From an uncultured delta proteobacterium (GTDB taxonomy: Bacteria; Myxococcota_A; Polyangia; Polyangiales; Polyangiaceae), in assembly GCA_963716725.1 (NCBI GenBank), contig CAVQUB010000009.1, positions 32,001-96,000 on the forward strand: 64,000 nt of DNA, in the 5' to 3' direction. How positions within the stretch are numbered: position 1 is the first letter of the stretch; every line of letters begins with the position of its first letter. Under the pieces are notes generated by a model, which did not search any database, was not told where the DNA came from, and worked only from the letters and a program-made list of their open reading frames with translations. The translations under genes and the position numbers were made by a program. Positions 58,258-64,000 of this stretch are shown here, piece after piece.

Positions 58258-60903
58258 ATGGACTGGAAAGCGCGCGCAGGGTTGCCGTTGGTGGCGGTGA
58301 CGGTTTGGATCTCGGGCGGCTGCCGGCCAGGAGCCGGCGGCGAGGCGGTGAGGCCAGATCCGCCCAAGGTCCAGAGCTCGCTGTGCGACTCGGTGGCGGA
58401 CTTCGGTCAACCGCTGATCGTCGATCTGAAGGCCCACGAGAGGGCGGTCTACGAAGCCGTGATGAAGGACGGCGTGGCCGTCGTGAGCTACGACTGCAAA
58501 CAGCTCCGCATCCTCAAGGACTGTAAGATCGAGGGCGACTACGGCTTCGTGGGCGTCAGCCCCAAGGAAGAGGTCGTGCGCCTCGAGGGCGCCGACGAGA
58601 TCCAGCTCAACCTGCCGACCTTCGGCGCCAAGATCGCCGCAGAGGTGCAGCGGGACGCTTCGCTCGACCTCGGGCTGATCCTCGTCGGCATGCGTCGCAC
58701 GACGGTCGACGCGGCGGACAAGAAGCGGCTCAGCGGCAAGGGTTGCCAAGAAGCGACCCACTTCGTGCGCGGCGCCTTCGTCGGCGCCTTCGCGCTAAAG
58801 CAGGGATCGTCGGGATCGACGCGCGGAGCGGTGGAGATCATGGGCTCGGGAGCCAGCGCCAAGAGCACGAGCAGCAAGCGCACCGAGAACCGCGACGGCG
58901 ACGCCAAGGCGTGCAGGAGCTTCAATTCGAGCGCTGCCAGTCCCGACCCGAATTGCGCTGCCCTGCTTCGACTCGAGCTCACCGCCCTCGAAATCGCGTC
59001 GAAGGACCAGGGCGGGACGGTCGACGTCTGCCCGCGAGGACTGGTCTTGGTCCAGGGCAAGTGCGCGCCGCCGACTTCCGAGGAAGCGTTTCAGTGCCGC
59101 GAAGGCCAGATCAGCGAGTGCGTCGCCCAGTGTGACAAAGGTCACGCTGGCAGCTGCGCCGCAGCGTCGTTCATGCACTTCGGCAACCACGGCGTGCCCG
59201 CCGATCCGGAGAAGGCTGCGACGCTCGCCGACAAGGCCTGCAAGGGCGGGAGCGCTCGCGGCTGCGGCAACCTGGGCCACGCCTACGATCGCGGCGACTC
59301 GCTGCCCAAGGACATGGACAAGGCTCGCGCGCTCTACTCGAAGAGCTGCGAGGCCGGCTGGCCCCGCGGCTGCAGCAACCTGGGCGTGCTCACCGAAAAG
59401 GACGGCGACGCGACCGCCGCCAACGTCTTGTATGGACGCGGGTGCAGCGGGGGAGAAGCGCGCGCATGCCATTTCTTGGCATTGAATCTCGACAAGGGTA
59501 ACGGCACGGCCCCGGATGCCGCCCGCGCCAAGGCGCTGTTCACGCGGGCCTGCCAGGGGGCTCACGAAGACGCCTGTGGATTGCTCTCGTCGCAGCTCCT
59601 GGGCGGCACCGACGAAGAGCGGGCCAAGGGGCTCAAAGGGCTGGAAGACAGCTGCGCCAAGGGATCGGCCAACGCTTGTCGATTCATGGGGACGCTGCGG
59701 CTCTCCGGGACGAAGGTGCCGAAGGACGTCGCGCGGGCGGCACAAGACTTCGAGCGTGCCTGCGACGCGAAGGAGCTCAAGAGCTGCGTCGACGCTGCGA
59801 CGCTGATGTTCGAGGGGCGCGACGGCATCACGCAGAACGCCGAAAAAGGCGCGCAGCTGGCCAAGAAGGCCTGCGCGGGCGGCTTCGGACCGGGCTGCCG
59901 CTTGGTTGCGATCTCGCAGCTGCAAGGCGCGGGGCAGTCGCGCGACGACGCAGGGGCGTTGAAGCTGCTCGAGAAGGCCTGCGCCGACGGGGATGGCGAG
60001 AGCTGCGCAGGCACCGGGCTCCTGTACCGACATGGCCTCGGAACCGCGCCGAACCCTAGCTTTGCAGTGGGCTTCTTCGAGAAGGCGTGTCAGGCGAGAT
60101 ACGGCTACGGCTGCGCGCTGCTCGCCTCTGCGCGCTACGATGGTCTGGGCAGGTCGAAGGACATCGAGGGCACTCGCGCCGCCCTGACCCGAGCGTGCAC
60201 CACGGGGTACTCGCCGGCGTGTGGGCTGTCGTATACGCCGCCGATTGTCTTCACGGTCACTCCGCGCGACGATCCCTTTGGTGGCAAGAACACGGCTCCT
60301 GCCGCGACCAAACCCCACCACGGACCGCAGCCCGAAAAGACCGCCGACACGCCCAGCGAGCTCGAGAAACGCCGCATTAGCCTGGGAGACAAGTTCAAGG
60401 GCAAACTCGGAGCCATCATGGCCTGCCCGAGGGACGAATCCGTCTCGTCGCGCGTACAGCGCGTTGGGTTTGCGGTCGGACCCGACGGCAAGACCCAGGT
60501 GATCCAGCGCGCGCGCGGCGCGAGCCGCACCTTCAACGCCTGCCTCGACAAGGTCGTGGCTTCGATCAAGATCGCCGCCGGGGAGCACAGCATCCGGGGC
60601 ATTGCGATGGTGGGCTTTCCCAAGAAGGACGCGGCAAACGTCCGTCTCTCGATCCTCGCCGACGCGAGCGATCTCGATCTTCCGGCCAATGTGCGGCGCC
60701 TGGTGGGTTGCGCGTGCACGGGCACGTCGCTGGCTGTGGCCTGCGCCGTCGAGTGCCGGTCGGGCGTGGGCCCGCAGGGCTACTTCAGCGGCGGGGACCA
60801 GGGCCAAGGGAACGGCGGATTCGGAGCCGACAAACCCACCGATGCCGCGGAGCCTTTCGAGAAAAAGAACACGCGCCCCGCCCCGAAGCAGAAAGGCTTC
60901 TAG
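58258..60903 (+). CDS. Lipoprotein with Cys-rich Sel1-like repeats and TonB-C/AgmX-like C-terminal region
   Basis: SGGC; about 8 KAC..G...GC..LG repeats; FAVGPDG...FNACL..V. Confidence 0.85.
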   Translation: MDWKARAGLPLVAVTVWISGGCRPGAGGEAVRPDPPKVQSSLCDSVADFGQPLIVDLKAHERAVYEAVMKDGVAVVSYDCKQLRILKDCKIEGDYGFVGVSPKEEVVRLEGADEIQLNLPTFGAKIAAEVQRDASLDLGLILVGMRRTTVDAADKKRLSGKGCQEATHFVRGAFVGAFALKQGSSGSTRGAVEIMGSGASAKSTSSKRTENRDGDAKACRSFNSSAASPDPNCAALLRLELTALEIASKDQGGTVDVCPRGLVLVQGKCAPPTSEEAFQCREGQISECVAQCDKGHAGSCAAASFMHFGNHGVPADPEKAATLADKACKGGSARGCGNLGHAYDRGDSLPKDMDKARALYSKSCEAGWPRGCSNLGVLTEKDGDATAANVLYGRGCSGGEARACHFLALNLDKGNGTAPDAARAKALFTRACQGAHEDACGLLSSQLLGGTDEERAKGLKGLEDSCAKGSANACRFMGTLRLSGTKVPKDVARAAQDFERACDAKELKSCVDAATLMFEGRDGITQNAEKGAQLAKKACAGGFGPGCRLVAISQLQGAGQSRDDAGALKLLEKACADGDGESCAGTGLLYRHGLGTAPNPSFAVGFFEKACQARYGYGCALLASARYDGLGRSKDIEGTRAALTRACTTGYSPACGLSYTPPIVFTVTPRDDPFGGKNTAPAATKPHHGPQPEKTADTPSELEKRRISLGDKFKGKLGAIMACPRDESVSSRVQRVGFAVGPDGKTQVIQRARGASRTFNACLDKVVASIKIAAGEHSIRGIAMVGFPKKDAANVRLSILADASDLDLPANVRRLVGCACTGTSLAVACAVECRSGVGPQGYFSGGDQGQGNGGFGADKPTDAAEPFEKKNTRPAPKQKGF

Positions 60904-60910
60904 CAATTCC

Positions 60911-61270
60911 ATGTGGATCCGCGTCGCCGCCCTTCTCGGTTTCCTGGCCGTCGCGCTCGGCGCGTTCGGCGCGCACGCGCTGCGCGGCAAGGTCACCGAC
61001 TCCCAGCTCGGCGTGTGGCACACGGGCGTGCTCTACCACGCACTGCACGCAGTCGTGATCTTGGCCATCGCGCTCTACGGTCGTTCGACGCGCGTCGACA
61101 TTGGGCTCCCGGCCGCGGCCTTCACCCTCGGCGTGCTTCTGTTTTCGGGTAGCCTCTACGCGATGGTGCTCACCGGCGTCAGCAAGCTCGGGATCGTCAC
61201 GCCCTTCGGCGGCGTGGCGTTCTTGGTGGGCTGGGTGCTGGTGTTCGTGCGGCTGGGACGTGGCACATGA
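60911..61270 (+). CDS. DUF423 (YgdD-like) membrane protein
   Basis: ALGAFGAH, LFSGSLY, TPFGG. Confidence 0.92.
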   Translation: MWIRVAALLGFLAVALGAFGAHALRGKVTDSQLGVWHTGVLYHALHAVVILAIALYGRSTRVDIGLPAAAFTLGVLLFSGSLYAMVLTGVSKLGIVTPFGGVAFLVGWVLVFVRLGRGT

Positions 61271-61292
61271 CCGTGGCGAGCGACGTGTTCTG

Positions 61293-62684
61293 ATGGCCCG
61301 CGACTTCGCGGCCGGCGACGTGCTCGCGCAGAAGTTCCGCTTGGTCTCGCAGTTAGGGGCCGGCGGCATGGGCAGCGTGTGGCGCGCCGATCATCTGGTG
61401 CTCAAATCGCCGGTCGCGATCAAGCTGATCCACGATCGCGTCGCGAGCGCGCCCGGCGCCATCGATCGCTTCTTGCGCGAAGCCCAGGCGGCCGCCGCGA
61501 TCCGCAGCCCTCACGTGATTCAGGTGCTCGACTACGGAGTCGAAGGCTCGACGCCGTATCTGGTGATGGAGCTCCTCGAGGGAGAGAGCCTGGCCGCGCG
61601 ACTGAAGCGCCTGGGGCGCCTGGCGCCCGAAGAGACCTCGCGCATCGTCAGCCACGTCGCGCGCGCGCTGGCCCGCGCCCACGAAGCAGGCGTGGTGCAC
61701 CGCGATCTCAAGCCCGACAACGTCTTTCTGGTGCACAACCAGGACGAAGAGCTGGCCAAGGTCTTGGACTTTGGCATCGCCAAGACGCTGGCGACGAGCG
61801 ACGCCACCACCGACGCCGGCAGCGCCCTCACCCAGACCGGCGCCGTGCTCGGGACGCCGCATTACATGAGCCCGGAGCAGGCGCGCGGGCGCAGCGACGT
61901 GGACCACCGGAGTGATGTGTGGGCGCTGGGAGTCATCGCCTTCCAGTGCATGACCGGGCGCCGGCCCTTCGACAGCCCCATCTTGGGGGATCTGCTGCTG
62001 AAGATCTGCGCAGACCCGGTGCCTTCTGCGGCTGCGATCGCCGGCGTGCCGGCGGGCTTCGACCCTTGGCTCGAGCGAGCCTTGGCGCGCGATCCGCAGC
62101 AGCGCTTCCAATCCGCGGTCGAGATGGCGGACGCGCTGCGGGCGCTGGTCGGCGGCACGGGGCCGGTCGCGGTGCTCGCCCACGCTCCGATCCATTCGCT
62201 GCCCGCACCGCCCAAGTCGAGCTCGGCACCGCTGTGGATCGCCGTTGGGGCCGGCGGTCTCTTGATCGTGCTTGGCGTGCTCGGCGTGGGCGCTGCGTTC
62301 ATCTTCGGCGGCTTCGGTGCATTCGAGGCGTCCCCGGCGCTGAGCGCGAGTGCGCCGTCGATCGCCGTGGCGACGGAAGCCACAGCGGAACCGACGCTCG
62401 CGCCCCCAGGCAGCTCATCGGCCGCGGCAACGCCGATCCCAAAGTCCACTCGACCGACCGGGAGCGGCGTCGCAGCCACTGCGCCGACGGCCACCGCCAC
62501 GCCGACGGCCACCACCACGCCGACGGCCCCGGCCGCTTCCGATGTGTGCCAGAGAGCCTGCGCTCGCCTCCAGAGCTGCGGGCAACCCTGCAAGTTCAAG
62601 AGCGCCTGCGACGGGGCCTACAAAGCCCTCGCCAACTGCATCAACGGCAAGAAGACCTGCCTCGACATCCTCGAGTGCGGCTAG
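61293..62684 (+). CDS. Hanks-type Ser/Thr protein kinase with TM and small Cys-rich C-terminal domain
   Basis: GAGGMG, HRDLKPDN, DFG, YMSPE. Confidence 0.95.
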   Translation: MARDFAAGDVLAQKFRLVSQLGAGGMGSVWRADHLVLKSPVAIKLIHDRVASAPGAIDRFLREAQAAAAIRSPHVIQVLDYGVEGSTPYLVMELLEGESLAARLKRLGRLAPEETSRIVSHVARALARAHEAGVVHRDLKPDNVFLVHNQDEELAKVLDFGIAKTLATSDATTDAGSALTQTGAVLGTPHYMSPEQARGRSDVDHRSDVWALGVIAFQCMTGRRPFDSPILGDLLLKICADPVPSAAAIAGVPAGFDPWLERALARDPQQRFQSAVEMADALRALVGGTGPVAVLAHAPIHSLPAPPKSSSAPLWIAVGAGGLLIVLGVLGVGAAFIFGGFGAFEASPALSASAPSIAVATEATAEPTLAPPGSSSAAATPIPKSTRPTGSGVAATAPTATATPTATTTPTAPAASDVCQRACARLQSCGQPCKFKSACDGAYKALANCINGKKTCLDILECG

Positions 62685-62694
62685 AGGTGCGCGC

Positions 62695-63989
62695 TCAGTG
62701 CGCGCCCTTCTTCGGTCGGAGCGCGGCGCCCTGAGTGACGTGGTCGTTCCAGGTCGCCGGCGCGAAGCCGTTGTCGACCGCGACCATGCTGATGCAGTCC
62801 GGCACCGGGCAGACGATCTGGCACAGGTTGCAGCCGACGCACTCCGCCTCGTCCACGACCGGCACGCGGATCTCGCTGCCGCCGTTGGTCTCCTTGGCGG
62901 ATGGATGCACTGGTGGGCGCCGTCGTGGCAGGCGACCACGCAGAGCTGGCAGCCGATGCACTTCTCGGCGTCGATCTTGGCGATGGTCTCGTAGTTCAGG
63001 TCGAGATCGCCCCACTCGGAGTAGGCCGGGCACGGCCTTGCCCACCAGCTGGTCGATGGTCTGAAAGCCGTGCGTCGCCATGTACTCGTCGAGGCCCTCG
63101 ATCATGTCTTCGACGATGCGGTAGCCCTGGAGCATCACCTCGGTGCAGACCTGCACGCTGGAGGCGCCCAGCAGCATGAACTCCACCGCGTCGCGCCAGT
63201 TGGTGATGCCGCCGATGCCGCTGATCGGGATGCCGAAATCGCGTGATCGCGCGCAGGCGCGCCACCATGTGCAGCGCGATGGGCTTGACCGCCGCGCCGC
63301 AGTAGCCGCCGTTGGTGCTCAGGGCTGCCGACCCGGGGCTCGGGCACGAAGCGATCGATGTCCACGCCGATGATGCTCTTGATGGTGTTGATGAGCGAGA
63401 CGCCGTGGGCGCCGCCCGCTTGCGCGGCGAGGCCGTGGGGCACGATGTCCGACGACGTTCGGCGTGAGCTTCACCAGCACCGGGCACCGTGGAGTACTCG
63501 ACGGCCCAGGAGGTGATGCGCTCGTTGACCGTGGGCTCCTGGCCGACCGCGGAGCCCATGCCGCGCTCGCACATGCCGTGGGGGCAGCCGAAGTTCAGCT
63601 CGAGCCCGTCGGCGCCGGCGTCGATGGAGCGCTTGATGATGTCCTTCCACTCCTCCTGGGTCTCGACCATGAGCGAGACGATGACGGCGTGCTTGGGGTA
63701 GCTTCTTCTTGATCTCGTCGATCTCGCGGAAGTTCACCTCGAGCGGGCGGTCGGTGATCAGCTCGATGTTGTTGAAGCCGATGGCTCGCGTGCCGCGCGT
63801 AGTTCGAGCGCGCCGAAGCGGCTCGACACGTTCTGGATCGGGTGCGCCGAGCGTCTTCCACACCGCGCCGCCCCAGCCGGCGTCGAAGGCGCGCTGCATC
63901 TGCGCGCCGGAGTTCGCGGGCGGCGCCGAGGCGAGCCAGAACGGGTTCGGCGAGCGGATGCCCGCGCAGTTGGTGGACAGATCAGGCAT
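62695..63989 (-). pseudogene. preA: Dihydropyrimidine dehydrogenase subunit PreA, several frameshifts (probably sequencing errors)
   Basis: NPFWLASAPP, WGGAVWKT, ELNFGCPHGMCERGMG, SLINT, CVGCNLC..VCP spread over several frames. Confidence 0.9.
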
Positions 63990-64000
63990 CGTTGCCTCCC

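Noticed and set aside
58795..61023. Long antisense ORFs (also 28987-30588, 39751-41442, 41223-43271, 52515-53894)
   Set aside because: They overlap well-supported genes on the other strand and show no motifs.
62695..63989. Programmed frameshifting in preA
   Set aside because: Several scattered indels without slippery sites fit sequencing error better.

Overview
GC-rich bacterial DNA with a gene content typical of Myxococcota, probably Polyangiaceae-like (inferred from PEGA/Ser-Thr kinase operons, Cys-rich Gly-linker lipoproteins, a MYXO-CTERM-type protein and HxsD-like genes). It holds about 55 CDS/pseudogenes. I recognised no rRNA, tRNA, CRISPR array, integrase or transposase. Main points: (1) an eroded integron-cassette array without integrase at about 21.3-23.5 kb, with attC-like sites (one cassette has a perfectly complementary but non-canonical GTCATAC/GTATGAC core) and two broken toxin-antitoxin pairs, plus a related attC-like remnant at 12.4 kb; (2) scattered His-Xaa-Ser-like radical SAM genes (HxsD pair, two HxsC-like enzymes, split fragments) with no visible precursor; (3) a collapsed duplicate of the 49.2-kb lipoprotein gene that survives as a 13-codon mini-ORF coupled to a radical SAM gene; (4) an Omp85-type barrel coupled to a lipoprotein with atypical kinase motifs; (5) a lipoprotein/B12-radical SAM/MutS-like ATPase cluster; (6) a structured ~120-bp repeat in three copies and a 51-bp tandem array. 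All calls come from reading motifs by eye; no database searches were run. Some frameshifts may be sequencing errors.
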